DNA of 64,000 nucleotides from Eledone cirrhosa. Lineage: Eukaryota. The stretch is taken from the NCBI GenBank assembly GCA_964016885.1, contig OZ024744.1, forward strand, positions 25,792,001-25,856,000, in the 5' to 3' direction. The position numbers and the translations under genes are program-made. This document shows, one piece after another, positions 1-14,644 of the stretch (positions are counted from its first letter, which is position 1; every line of letters begins with the position of its first letter). The notes under the pieces are model-generated. The model saw only the letters and a list, made by a program, of their open reading frames with translations, had not been told where the DNA came from and did no database searches.

Positions 1-3000
1 AACTCTCTCTCCCCTATATCTCCATACTAACACTCTCTCCCCTATATCTCCCTCCTAACTCTCTCTCTCCTTTATATGTCCCTACTAACTCTCTCTCTCA
101 CCTATATCTCCCTACTAACATTCTCTCCCCTATATCTCCCTACTAACTCTCTCTCCCCTATATCTCCCTACTAACTCTCTCTCCACTATATCTCCCTACT
201 AACCTCTCTCTCCCCTATATCTCCCTAGTAACTCTCTCTCCCCTATATCTCCCTAGTAACACTATCTCCCGTATATCTCCCTACTAAGTCTCTCTCCCCT
301 ATATCTCCCTACCAACTCTCTCTCCCCTATATCTCCCTACTAACTCTCTCTCCCCCCTATATCAACCAACTAACTCTCTCTCTCCCCTATATCTCCCTAC
401 TAACTCTCTCTCCCCTATATCTCCCTACTAACTCTCTCTCCCATATATCTCCCTACTAACTCCCTCTTTACTCTATATATCCCTACTAACTCTCTCTCAG
501 CCCTATATCTCCCTACTAACACTCTCCCCCGTATATCTCCCTACTAACTCTCTCCCCTATATCTCCCTACTAACTCTTTCGCTCCTATATCTCCCTACTA
601 ACTCTCTCTCCACTATATCTCCCTAATAACTCTCTCTCCCCTATATCTCCCTACTAAATCTCTCTCTCCTATATCTCCATTCTAACTCTCTCTCACCCCT
701 GAAGCTCCCTACTAACTCTCTCTCTCCCCTATACCTCCCTACTAACTCTTTCCCGCCTATACTTCCCTACTAACTCTCTCTCTCCTATATCTCCCTACTA
801 ACTCTCTCTCCCCTATAACTCCCTACTAACACTCTCTCCCCTATATCTTCCTACTAAATCTCTCTCTCCCCTATATCTCCCTACTAACACTCTCTCTCCT
901 ATATCTCCCTACTAACTCTCTCTTCCCTATATCTGCCTACTAACACTCTCTCCCCTATATCTCCTACTAACACCCTCTCCCCTATATCTCCCTACTAACT
1001 CTCTCCCCTATATCTCCCTACTAACTCTCTCTCCCCTATATCTCCCTACTAACTCTCTCTCCACTATATCTCCCTAGTAACTCTCTCTCCCCTATTTCTC
1101 CCTACTAACTCTCTCTCCCCTATATCTCCCTACTAACTCACTCTCCCCTATATCTCCCTACTAACGCTCTCTCCCCTATATCTCCCTACTAATTCTCTCT
1201 CCCCTATATCTCCCTACTAACTCTCTATCCCCTATATCTCCCTACCAACTCTCTCTACCCTATATCTCCCTACTAAATCTCTCTCCTCTATATCTACCTA
1301 CAAACTCTCTCTCCACTATATCTCCCTACCTACTCTCTCTCCCCTATATCTTCCTACTAACTCTCTCTCCCCTATATCTCCCTACTAACTATCTCTCCCC
1401 CCTATATATCCCTACTAACTCTCTCTCCCACATATATCCCTAACTACTCTCTCTCCCCTATATCTTCCTACTAAATCTCTCTCTCCCCTATATCTCCCTA
1501 CATATTCTCTCCCCTCCTATATCTCCCTACTAAATCTCTCTCCCCTATATGTCCCTACTAACACTCTCTCCCCTATATCTCCCTACTAACTCCCTCTCTC
1601 CTATATCTCCCAACTAACTGTCTCTCTCCCCCATATCTCCCTACTAACTCTCTCTCCCCTATATCTCCCTACTAACACTCTCTCCCTTATATCTCCCTGC
1701 TAACACTCTCTCTCCCCTATGTCTCCCTACTAACTCTCTCTCTCACCTATAGCTCCCTACTAACTCTCTCTCCCCTATATCTCCCAACTAACTCCCTCTC
1801 TCCCCTATATCTCCCTACTAACTCTCTCTCTCCCCTATATCTCCCTACTAACAATCTCTCCCCTATATCTCCCTACTAAGTCTCTCTCCCCTATATCTCC
1901 CTACTAACTCTCTCTCCATATATCTACCTACTAACTCACTCTCCCCTATATCTCCCTACTAACTCTCTCTCCCCTATATCTCCCTACTAACTCTCTCTCC
2001 CTATACTTCCCTACTAACTCTCTCTCTCCTATATCTCCCTACTAACTCCCTCTCTCACATATATCTCCCTACTAACTCTCTCTCCCCTATATCTCCCTTC
2101 TAACACTCTCTCCCCTATATCTTCCTACTAAATTTCTCTCCCCTATATCTCCCTATTAACACTCTCTCCCCTATATCTCCCTACTAACTCTCTCTCCATA
2201 TATCTACCTACTAACTCTCTCTACCCTATATCTACCTACTAACTCTCTCTCCCCTATACTTCCCTACTAACTCTCTCTCTCCTATATCTCCCTACTAGCT
2301 CCCTCTCTCACATATATCTCCCTACTAACTCTCTCTCCCCTATATCTCCCTACTAACACTCTCTCCCCTATATCTTCCTACTAAATTTCTCTCCCCTATA
2401 TCTCCCTACTAACACTCTCTCCCCTATATCTCCCTACTAACTCTCTCTCCCCTATATCTTCCTACTAACTCTCTCTCCCCTATATCTTCCTACCTATTCT
2501 CTCCCCACTATATCTATATACTAACTCTCTCTCCCCTATATCTCCCTACTAACTCTCTCTCCCCTATATCTCCCTACTAACTCTCTCTCCCCTATATCTC
2601 CCTACTAACTCTCTCTCCCCTATATCTCCCTACTAACACTCTCTCCCCTATATCTCCCTGCTAACACTCTCTCTCCCCTATATCTCCCTACTAACTCTCT
2701 CTGTCACCTATATATCCCTACTAACTCTCCCTCCCCTATATCTCCCTACTAACTCTCTCTCCGCTACATCTCCCTACTAACTCCCTCTCTCCCCTATATC
2801 TCCATACTAACTCTCTCTCCTATATATCTACCTACTAACTCTCTCTCCCCTATATCTCCCTTCAAACACTCTCTCCCCTATATCTCCCTCCTAACTCTCT
2901 CTCTCCTTTATATCTCCCTACTAACTCTCTCTCTCACCTATATCTCCCTACTAACACTCTCTCCCCTATATCTCCCTACTAACTCTCTCTCCACTATATC

Positions 3001-6000
3001 TCCCTACTAACTCTCTCTCTCACCTATATCTCCCTACTAACTCTCTCCCCTATATTTCCCTACTAACTCTTTCGCTCCTATATCTCCCTACTAAGTCTAT
3101 CTCCACTATATCTCCCTAATAACTCTCTCTCCCCTATATCTCCCTACTAAATCTCTCTCTCCTATATCTCCATTCTAACTCTCTCTCACCCCTAAACCTC
3201 CCTACTAACTCTCTCTCTCCCCTATACCTCCCTACTAACTCTTTCCCGCCTATACTTCCCTACTAACTCTCTCTCTCCTATATCTCCCTACTAACTCTCT
3301 CTCCCCTATATCTCCCTACTAACACTCTCTCCCCTATATCTTCCTACTAAATTTCTCTCTCCCCTATATCTCCCTACTAACTCTCTCTCCCCTATATCTC
3401 CCTACTAACTCTCTCTCCACTATATCTCCCTAGTAACTCTCTCTCCCCTATTTCTCCCTACTAACTCTCTCTCCCCTATATCTCCCTACTAACTCTCTCT
3501 CCCCTATATCTCCCTACTAACGCTCTCTCCCCTATATCTCCCTACTAATTCTCTCTCCCCTATATCTCCCTTCTAACTCTCTATCCCCTATATCTCCCTA
3601 CCAACTCTCTCTACCCTATATCTCCCTACTAAATCTCTCTCCTCTATATCTACCTACAAACTCTCTCTCCCCTATATCTCCCTACCTACTCTCTCTCCCC
3701 TATATCTTCCTACTAACTCTCTCTCCCCTATATCTCCCTACTAACTATCTCTCCCCCCTATATATCCCTACTAACTCACTCTCCCACATATATCCCTAAC
3801 TACTCTCTCTCCCCTATATCTTCCTACTAAATCTCTCTCTCCCCTATATCTCCCTACATATTCTCTCCCCTCCTATATCTCCCTACTAAATCTCTCTCCC
3901 CTATATGTCCCTACTAACACTCTCTCCCCTATATCTCCCCACTAACTCCCTCTCTCCTATATCTCCCAACTAACTGTCTCTCTCCCCCATATCTCCCTAC
4001 TAACTCTCTCTCCCCTATATCTCCCTACTAACACTCTCTCCCTTATATCTCCCTGCTAACACTCTCTCTCCCCTATGTCTCCCTACTAACTCTCTCTCTC
4101 ACCTATAGCTCCCTACTAACTCTCTCTCCCCTATATCTCTCAACTAACTCCCTCTCTCCCCTATATCTCCCTACTAACTCTCTCTCTCCCCTATATCTCC
4201 CTACTAACAATCTCACCCCTATATCTCCCTACTAAGTCTCTCTTCCCTATATCTCCCTACTAACTCTCTCTCCATATATCTACCTACTAACTCTCTCTCC
4301 CCTATATCTCCCTACTAACTCTCTCTCCCCTATATCTCCCTACTAACTCTCTCTCCCCTATACTTCCCTACTAAACTCTCTCTCTCCTATATCTCCCTAC
4401 TAACTCCCTCTCTCACATAAATCTCCCTACTAACTCTCTCTCCCCTATATCTCCCTACTAACACTCTCTCCCCTATATCTTCCTACTAAATTTCTCTCCC
4501 CTATATCTCCCTACTAACACTCTCTCCCCTATATCTCCCTACTAACTCTCTCTCCATATATCTACCTACTAACTCTCTCTACCCTATATCTACCTACTAA
4601 CTCTCTCTCCCCTATACTTCACTACTAACTCTCTCTCTCCTATATCTCCCTACTAGCTCCCTCTCTCACATATATCTCCCTACTAACTCTCTCTCCCCTA
4701 TATCTCCCTACTAACACTCTCTCCCCTATATCTTCCTACTAAATTTCTCTCCCCTATATCTCCCTACTAACACTCTCTCCCCTATATCTCCCTACTAACT
4801 CTCTCTCCCCTATATCTTCCTACTAACTCTCTCTCCCCTATATCTTCCTACCTATTCTCTCCCCACTATATCTATATACTAACTCTCTCTCCCCTATATC
4901 TCCCTACTAACTCTCTCTCCCCTATATCTCCCTACTAACTCTCTCTCCCCTATATCTCCCTACTAACTCTCTCTCCCCTATATCTCCCTACTAACACTCT
5001 CTCCCCTATATCTCCCTGCTAACACTCTCTCTCCCCTATATCTCCCTACTAACTCTCTCTGTCACCTATATATCCCTACTAACTCTCCCTCCCCTATATC
5101 TCCCTACTAACTCTCTCTCCGCTACATCTCCCTACTAACTCCCTCTCTCCCCTATATCTCCATACTAACTCTCTCTCCTATATATCTACCTACTAACTCT
5201 CTCTCCCCTATATCTCCCTTCAAACACTCTCTCCCCTATATCTCCCTCCTAACTCTCTCTCTCCTTTATATCTCCCTACTAACTCTCTCTCTCACCTATA
5301 TCTCCCTACTAACACTCTCTCCCCTATATCTCCCTACTAACTCTCTCTCCACTATATCTCCCTACTAACTCTCTCTCTCACCTATATCTCCCTACTAACT
5401 CTCTCCCCTATATCTCCCTACTAACTCTTTCGCTCCTATATCTCCCTACTAAGTCTATCTCCACTATATCTCCCTAATAACTCTCTCTCCCCTATATCTC
5501 CCTACTAAATCTCTCTCTCCTATATCTCCATTCTAACTCTCTCTCACCCCTAAACCTCCCTACTAACTCTCTCTCTCCCCTATACCCCCCTACTAACTCT
5601 TTCCCGCCTATACTTTCCTACTAACTCTCTCTCTCCTATATCTCCCTACTAACTCTCTCTCCCCTATATCTCCCTACTAACACTCTCTCCCCTATATCTT
5701 CCTACTAAATTTCTCTCTCCCCTATATCTCCCTACTAACACTCTCTCTCCTATATCTCCCTACTAACTCTCTCTTCCCTATATCTGCCAACTAACACTCT
5801 CTCCCCTATATCTCCTACTAACACCCTCTCCCCTATATCTCCCTACTAACTCTCTCTCTCCTATATCTCCCTACTAACTCTCTCTCCCCTATATCTCGCT
5901 TCTAACTCTCTCTCCCCTATATCTCCCGACTAACATTCTCTCCCCTATATGTCCCTACTAACACTCTCTCCCCTATATCTCCCTACTAACTCTCTCTCCC

Positions 6001-9000
6001 CTATATCTCCCTACCAACTCCCGCTCCTCTATATCTCCCTACTAATTCTCTCTCACATATATCTCCCTACTAACTCTCTCTCTCCTATATCTCCCTACTA
6101 ACTCTCTCTCTCCCATATATCTCCCTGCTAACTCTCTCTCTCCCATATATCTCCCTACTAACTCTCTCTCGCCTATGTCTCCCTACCTACTCTCTCTCCA
6201 CTATATCTCCCTACTAACACTCTCTCTCCTATATCTCCCTACTAACTCTCTCTCCCCTATATCTCCCTACCAACTCCCCCTCCTCTATATCTGCCTACCT
6301 ACTCTCTCTCCCCTATATCTCCCTACAAATTTTCTCTCCCCTATTTCTCCCTACTAAATCTCTCTCTCCCCTATCTCTCCCTGCTAACACTCTCTCCCCT
6401 ATATCTCCCTGCTAACACTCTCTCTCCCCTATATCTCCCTACTAACTCTCTCTGTCACCTATATATCCCTACTAACTCTCCCTCCCCTATATCTCCCTAC
6501 TAACTCTCTCTCCGCTACATCTCCCTACTAACTCCCTCTCTCCCCTATATCTCCATACTAACTCTCTCTCCTATATATCTACCTACTAACTCTCTCTCCC
6601 CTATATCTCCCTTCAAACACTCTCTCCCCTATATCTCCCTCCTAACTCTCTCGCTCCTTTATATCTCCCTACTAACTCTCTCTCTTACCTATATCTCCCT
6701 ACTAACACTCTCTCCCCTATATCTCCCTACTAACTCTCTCTCCACTATATCTCCCTACTAACCTCTCTCTCCCCTATATCTTCCTAGTAACTCTCTCTCC
6801 CCTATATCTCCCTAGTAACACTATCTCCCGTATATCTCCCTACTAAGTCTCTCTCCCCTATATCTCCCTACTAACTCTCTCTCCCCTATATCTCCCTACT
6901 AACTCTCTCTACCCCTATATCTACCAACTAACTCTCTCTCTCCCCTATATCTCCCTACTAACTCTCTCTCCCCTATATCTCCCTACTAACTCTCTCTCCC
7001 ATATATCTCCCTACTAACTCCCTCTTTCCCCTATATATCCCTACTAACTCTCTCTCTCACCTATATCTCACTACTAACACTCTCCCCCGTATATCTCCCT
7101 ACTAACTCTCTCCCCTATATCTCCCTACTAACTCTTTCGCTCCTATATCTCCCTACTAAGTCTATCTCCACTATATCTCCCTAATAACTTTCTCTCCCCT
7201 ATATCTCCCTACTAAATCTCTCTCTCCTATATCTCCATTCTAACTCTCTCTCACCCCTAAACCTCCCTACTAACTCTCTCTCTCCCCTATACCTCCCTAC
7301 TAACTCTTTCCCGCCTATACTTCCCTACTAACTCTCTCTCTCCTATATCTCCCTACTAACTCTCTCTCCCCTATATCTCCCTACTAACACTCTCTCCCCT
7401 ATATCTTCCTACTAAATTTCTCTCTCCCCTATATCTCCCTACTAACACTCTCTCTCCTATATCTCCCTACTAACTCTCTCTTCCCTATATCTGCCTACTA
7501 ACACTCTCTCCCCTATATCTCCTACTAACACCCTCTCCCCTATATCTCCCTACTAACTCTCTCTCTCCTATATCTCCCTACTAACTCTCTCTCCCCTATA
7601 TCTCGCTTCTAACTCTCTCTCCCCTATATCTCCCGACTAACATTCTCTCCCCTATATGTCCCTACTAACTCTCTCTCCCCTATATCTCCCTACCAACTCC
7701 CGCTCCTCTATATCTCCCTACTAATTCTCTCTCACATATATCTCCCTACTAACTCTCTCTCTCCTATATCTCCCTACTAACTCTCTCTCTCCCATATATC
7801 TCCCTGCTAACTCTCTCTCTCCCATATATCTCCCTACTAACTCTCTCTCGCCTATATCTCCCTACCTACTCTCTCTCCACTATATCTCCCTACTAACACT
7901 CTCTCTCCTATATCTCCCTACTAACTCTCTCTCCCCTATATCTCCCTACCAACTCCCCCTCCTCTATATCTGCCTACCTACTCTCTCTCCCCTATATCTC
8001 CCTACAAATTTTCTCTCCCCTATATCTCCCTACTAAATCTCTCTCTCCCCTATCTCTCCCTACTAACTCTCTCTCCCCTATAACTCCCTACTAACTCCGC
8101 CTCTCCCCTATATATCCCTACTAACTCTCTCTCTCCACTATACCTCCCTACTAACACTCTCTCCCGTATATCTCCCTACTAATTCTCTCTCCCCTATATC
8201 TCCCTACTAACTCTCTCTCCCCTATATCTCCCTACTAACTCCCTCTCCCCTATATCTCCCTACCTACTCTCTCTCCCATATATCTTCCTACTAACTCTCT
8301 CTCCCGTATATCTCCCTACTAAGTCCTACTCCCCTATATCTCCCTACCAACTCTCTCTCCCCTATATCTCCCTACTAACTCCCTCTCCCCTATATCTCCC
8401 TACTAACACTCTCTCCTCTATATCTCCCTACTAACCCTCTCTTCCCTATATCTCCTACTAACTCTCTCTCCCCTATATCACTCTACCTACTCTCTCTCCC
8501 CTATATCTCTCGTCTAACTCTCTGTCCACCATATCTCCCTACTAACACTCTTTTCCCTATATCTCCCTACTAACACTCTCTCCCCTATATCTCCCTACTA
8601 ATTCTCTCTCCCCTATATCACTCTACCTACTCTCTCTCCCCTATATCTCCCTACCTACTCTCTCTCCCCTATATCTACCTACTAACTCTCTCTCGCCTAT
8701 ATCTCCCTACTAACTCTCTCTCCCTTATATCTCCCTACTAACAATATCTCCCCTATAACTTCCTACTAACTCTCTCTCCCCTATATCTCCCTACTAACTC
8801 TCTCTCCCCTATATTTCCCTACTAAATCTGTCTCTCCGTTATATCTCCCTACCTACTCTCTCTCCCCTATATCTCCCTACTAACACACTCTCCACTATAT
8901 CTCCCTAATAAATCTCTCTCTCCTTTATATCTCCCTACCTACTCTCTATCCCCTACATCTCCCTACTAACATTCTCTCCCCTATATCTCCCTACTAAATC

Positions 9001-12000
9001 TCTCTCTCCCCTATCTCTCCCTACTAACTATTTGTCTCCACTATATCTCCCTACTAACACTCTCTCCCCTATATCTCCCTCCTAACTCTCTCTCTACTTT
9101 ATATCTCCCTACTAACCCTCTCTCGCCTATATCTCCCTACTAACTCTCTCTCACCTATATCTCCCTACTAACCCTCTCTCCCCTATATCTCACTACTAAC
9201 TCTCTCTCCCCTATATCTCCCAAATAACTCTCTCTGCTCTATATCTACCTACTAACTCTCTGTCCCCTATATCTCCCTACCTACTCTCTCTCCCCTATAT
9301 CTCCCTACTAACTCTCTCTCTCCCCTATATTCCTACTAACTCTCTCTCCCCTATATCTCCCGACTAACTCTCTCTCCCCTATATCTCGCTTCTAACTCTC
9401 TCTCCCCTATATCTCCCGACTAACATTCTCTCCCCTATATGTCCCTACTAACACTCTCTCCCCTATATCTCCCTACTAACTCTCTCTCCGTTATATCTCC
9501 CTACCAACTCCCCCTCCTCTATATCTCCCTACTAACTCTCTCTCACATATATCTCCCTACTAACTCTCTCTCTCCTATATCTCCCTACTAACTCTCTCTC
9601 TCCCATATATCTCCCTGCTAACTGTCTCTCTCCATATATCCCCCTACTAACTCTCTCTCGCCTATATCTCCCTACCTACTCTCTCTCCACTATATCTCCC
9701 TACTAACACTCTCTCTCCTATATCTCCCTACTAACTCTCTCTCCCCTACATCTCCCTACCAACTCCCCCTCCTCTATATCTGCCTACCTACTCTCTCTCC
9801 CCTATATCTCCCTACTAACATTCTCTCCCCTATATCTCCCTACTAAATCTCTCTCTCCCCTATCTCTCCCTACTAACTATTTGTCTCCACTATATCTCCC
9901 TACTAACACTCTCTCCGCTATATCTCCCTCCTAACCTTCTCTCTACTTCTATATCTCCCTACTAACACTCTCTCGCCTATATCTCCCTAATAACTCTCTC
10001 TCACCTATATCTCCCTACTAACTCTCTCTCCCCTATATCTCCCTACTAACTCTCTCTCCCCTATATCTCCCAACTAACTCTCTCTGCTCTATATCTACCT
10101 ACTAACTCTCTCTCCCCTATATCTCCCTACCTACTCTCTCTCCCCTATATCTCCCTACTAACTCTCTCTCTCCCCTATATTCCTACTAACTCTCTCTCCC
10201 CTATATCTCACTACTAACTCTCTCTCTCCTATATATCCCTACTAACTCTCTCTCCCCTATATGTCCCTACTAACACTCTCTCCCCTATATCTCCCTACTA
10301 ACTCTCTCTCCCCTATATCTCCCTACCCACTCCCCCTCCTCTATATCTCCCTACTAACTCTCTCTCACATATATCTCCCTACTAACTCTCTCTCTCCCAT
10401 ATATTTCCCTGCTAACTCTCTGTCTCCCATATATCCCCCTATTAACTCTCTCTCGCCTATATCTCCCTACCTACTCTCTCTCCACTATATCTCCCTACTA
10501 ACACTCTCTCTCCTATATCTCCCTACTAACACTCTCTCCCCTATATCTCCCTACTAACACTCTCTCCTCTATATCTCCCTACCAACTCCCCCTCCTCTAT
10601 ATCTCCCTACTGACTCTCTCTTCCCTATATCTCCTTACAAACTCTCTCTCCCCTATATCTCCCTAATAACTCTCTCTCTCCCCTATATCTCCCTACTAAC
10701 TCTCTCTGTCCCCTATATCTCCCTACTAACTCTCTCTCCACTATATCTCCCTACCTACTCTCTCTCCACTATACCTCCCTACTGACACTCTCTTCCTATA
10801 TCTCCCTACTAACTCTCACTCCCCTATATTTCCCTACTAATTCTCTCTCCCCTATATCTCTCTACCTACTCTCTCTCACCAATATCTACCTACTAACTCT
10901 CTCTCCCGAATATCTCCCTACCTACTCTCTCTCCCCTATATCTCCCTACTAAATCTCTCTCTCCCCTATATCTCCCTACTAACCCTCTCTCCCATATATC
11001 TCCTACTAACTCTCTCTCCCTATATCTCCCTACTAACTCTCTCTCCCCAATATCTCGCAACTAACTCTCTCTCCCCTATATCTCCATACTAACATTCTCT
11101 CCCCTATATCTCCCTAGTAACACTCTCTCCACTATATCTCCCTACCAGCACTCCCTCCTCTATATCTCCCTACTAACACTCTCTCCTCTATATCTCCCTA
11201 CTAACTCTCTCTTCCCTATATCTCCTTATCAACTCTCCCTCCCCTATATCTCCCTAATCACTCTCTCTCTCCCCTATATCTCCCTACTAACTCTCTCTCT
11301 CCCCTATATCTCCCTATTAACTCTCTCTCCAATATATCTCCTGTCTAACTCTCTCTCCCCTATATCTCCCTACTAACTCTCTCTCTCCCCTATATCTCCC
11401 TACTAACTCTCTCTCCCCTATATCTCCCTACTAACACTCTCTCCCCTATATATCCCTACTAACTAATTCTCCCCTATATCGCCTTACTAACTCTCTCTCC
11501 CCTATATCTCCCTACTAACTCTCTCTCCCTTATATCTCCCTACTAACAATATCTCCCCTATAACTTCCTACTAACTCTCTCTCCCCTATATCTCCCTACT
11601 AACTCTCTCTCCCCTATATTTCCCTACTAAATCTGTCTCTCCGTTATATCTCCCTACCTACTCTCTCTCCCCTATATCTCCCTACTAACACACTCTCCAC
11701 TATATCTCCCTAATAAATCTCTCTCTCCTTTATATCTCCCTACCTACTCTCTATCCCCTACATCTCCCTACTAACATTCTCTCCCCTATATCTCCCTACT
11801 AAATCTCTCTCTCCCCTATCTCTCCCTACTAACTATTTGTCTCCACTATATCTCCCTACTAACACTCTCTCCCCTATATCTCCCTCCTAACTCTCTCTCT
11901 ACTTTATATCTCCCTACTAACCCTCTCTCGCCTATATCTCCCTACTAACTCTCTCTCACCTATATCTCCCTACTAACCCTCTCTCCCCTATATCTCACTA

Positions 12001-14644
12001 CTAACTCTCTCTCCCCTATATCTCCCAAATAACTCTCTCTGCTCTATATCTACCTACTAACTCTCTGTCCCCTATATCTCCCTACCTACTCTCTCTCCCC
12101 TATATCTCCCTACTAACTCTCTCTCTCCCCTATATTCCTACTAACTCTCTCTCCCCTATATCTCCCGACTAACTCTCTCTCCCCTATATCTCGCTTCTAA
12201 CTCTCTCTCCCCTATATCTCCCGACTAACATTCTCTCCCCTATATGTCCCTACTAACACTCTCTCCCCTATATCTCCCTACTAACTCTCTCTCCGTTATA
12301 TCTCCCTACCAACTCCCCCTCCTCTATATCTCCCTACTAACTCTCTCTCACATATATCTCCCTACTAACTCTCTCTCTCCTATATCTCCCTACTAACTCT
12401 CTCTCTCCCATATATCTCCCTGCTAACTGTCTCTCTCCATATATCCCCCTACTAACTCTCTCTCGCCTATATCTCCCTACCTACTCTCTCTCCACTATAT
12501 CTCCCTACTAACACTCTCTCTCCTATATCTCCCTACTAACTCTCTCTCCCCTACATCTCCCTACCAACTCCCCCTCCTCTATATCTGCCTACCTACTCTC
12601 TCTCCCCTATATCTCCCTACTAACATTCTCTCCCCTATATCTCCCTACTAAATCTCTCTCTCCCCTATCTCTCCCTACTAACTATTTGTCTCCACTATAT
12701 CTCCCTACTAACACTCTCTCCGCTATATCTCCCTCCTAACCTTCTCTCTACTTCTATATCTCCCTACTAACACTCTCTCGCCTATATCTCCCTAATAACT
12801 CTCTCTCACCTATATCTCCCTACTAACTCTCTCTCCCCTATATCTCCCTACTAACTCTCTCTCCCCTATATCTCCCAACTAACTCTCTCTGCTCTATATC
12901 TACCTACTAACTCTCTCTCCCCTATATCTCCCTACCTACTCTCTCTCCCCTATATCTCCCTACTAACTCTCTCTCTCCCCTATATTCCTACTAACTCTCT
13001 CTCCCCTATATCTCACTACTAACTCTCTCTCTCCTATATATCCCTACTAACTCTCTCTCCCCTATATGTCCCTACTAACACTCTCTCCCCTATATCTCCC
13101 TACTAACTCTCTCTCCCCTATATCTCCCTACCCACTCCCCCTCCTCTATATCTCCCTACTAACTCTCTCTCACATATATCTCCCTACTAACTCTCTCTCT
13201 CCCATATATTTCCCTGCTAACTCTCTGTCTCCCATATATCCCCCTATTAACTCTCTCTCGCCTATATCTCCCTACCTACTCTCTCTCCACTATATCTCCC
13301 TACTAACACTCTTTCTCCTATATCTCCCTACTAACACTCTCTCCCCTATATCTCCCTACTAACACTCTCTCCTCTATATCTCCCTACCAACTCCCCCTCC
13401 TCTATATCTCCCTACTGACTCTCTCTTCCCTATATCTCCTTACAAACTCTCTCTCCCCTATATCTCCCTAATAACTCTCTCTCTCCCCTATATCTCCCTA
13501 CTAACTCTCTCTGTCCCCTATATCTCCCTACTAACTCTCTCTCCACTATATCTCCCTACCTACTCTCTCTCCACTATACCTCCCTACTGACACTCTCTTC
13601 CTATATCTCCCTACTAACTCTCACTCCCCTATATTTCCCTACTAATTCTCTCTCCCCTATATCTCTCTACCTACTCTCTCTCACCAATATCTACCTACTA
13701 ACTCTCTCTCCCGAATATCTCCCTACCTACTCTCTCTCCCCTATATCTCCCTACTAAATCTCTCTCTCCCCTATATCTCCCTACTAACCCTCTCTCCCAT
13801 ATATCTCCTACTAACTCTCTCTCCCTATATCTCCCTACTAACTCTCTCTCCCCAATATCTCGCAACTAACTCTCTCTCCCCTATATCTCCATACTAACAT
13901 TCTCTCCCCTATATCTCCCTAGTAACACTCTCTCCACTATATCTCCCTACCAGCACTCCCTCCTCTATATCTCCCTACTAACACTCTCTCCTCTATATCT
14001 CCCTACTAACTCTCTCTTCCCTATATCTCCTTATCAACTCTCCCTCCCCTATATCTCCCTAATCACTCTCTCTCTCCCCTATATCTCCCTACTAACTCTC
14101 TCTCTCCCCTATATCTCCCTATTAACTCTCTCTCCAATATATCTCCTGTCTAACTCTCTCTCCCCTATATCTCCCTACTAACTCTCTCTCTCCCCTATAT
14201 CTCCCTACTAACTCTCTCTCCCCTATATCTCCCTACTAACACTCTCTCCCCTATATATCCCTACTAACTAATTCTCCCCTATATCGCCTTACTAACTCTC
14301 TCTCCCCTATATCTCCCTACTAACTCTCTCTATCCCCTATATCTCCCTACTAACTCTATCTCCCCTATATCTCCCTGCTAACACTCTCTCCCCTATATCT
14401 CCCTACTAACTCATTCTCCCCTATATCTTCCTACTAACTCTCTCTCCCCTATATCTCCCTACCAACTCTCTCTCCCCTATATCTCCCTACTAACTCTCTC
14501 TCCCCTATATCTCCCTACCATCTCTCTCCCCTATATCTCCCTACTAACTCTCTCTCTTCCCTATATCTCCCTACTAACTCCCTCTACCCTATATCTCCCT
14601 ACCTACTCTCTCTCCCATATATATCCCTACCTACTCTCTCTCCT

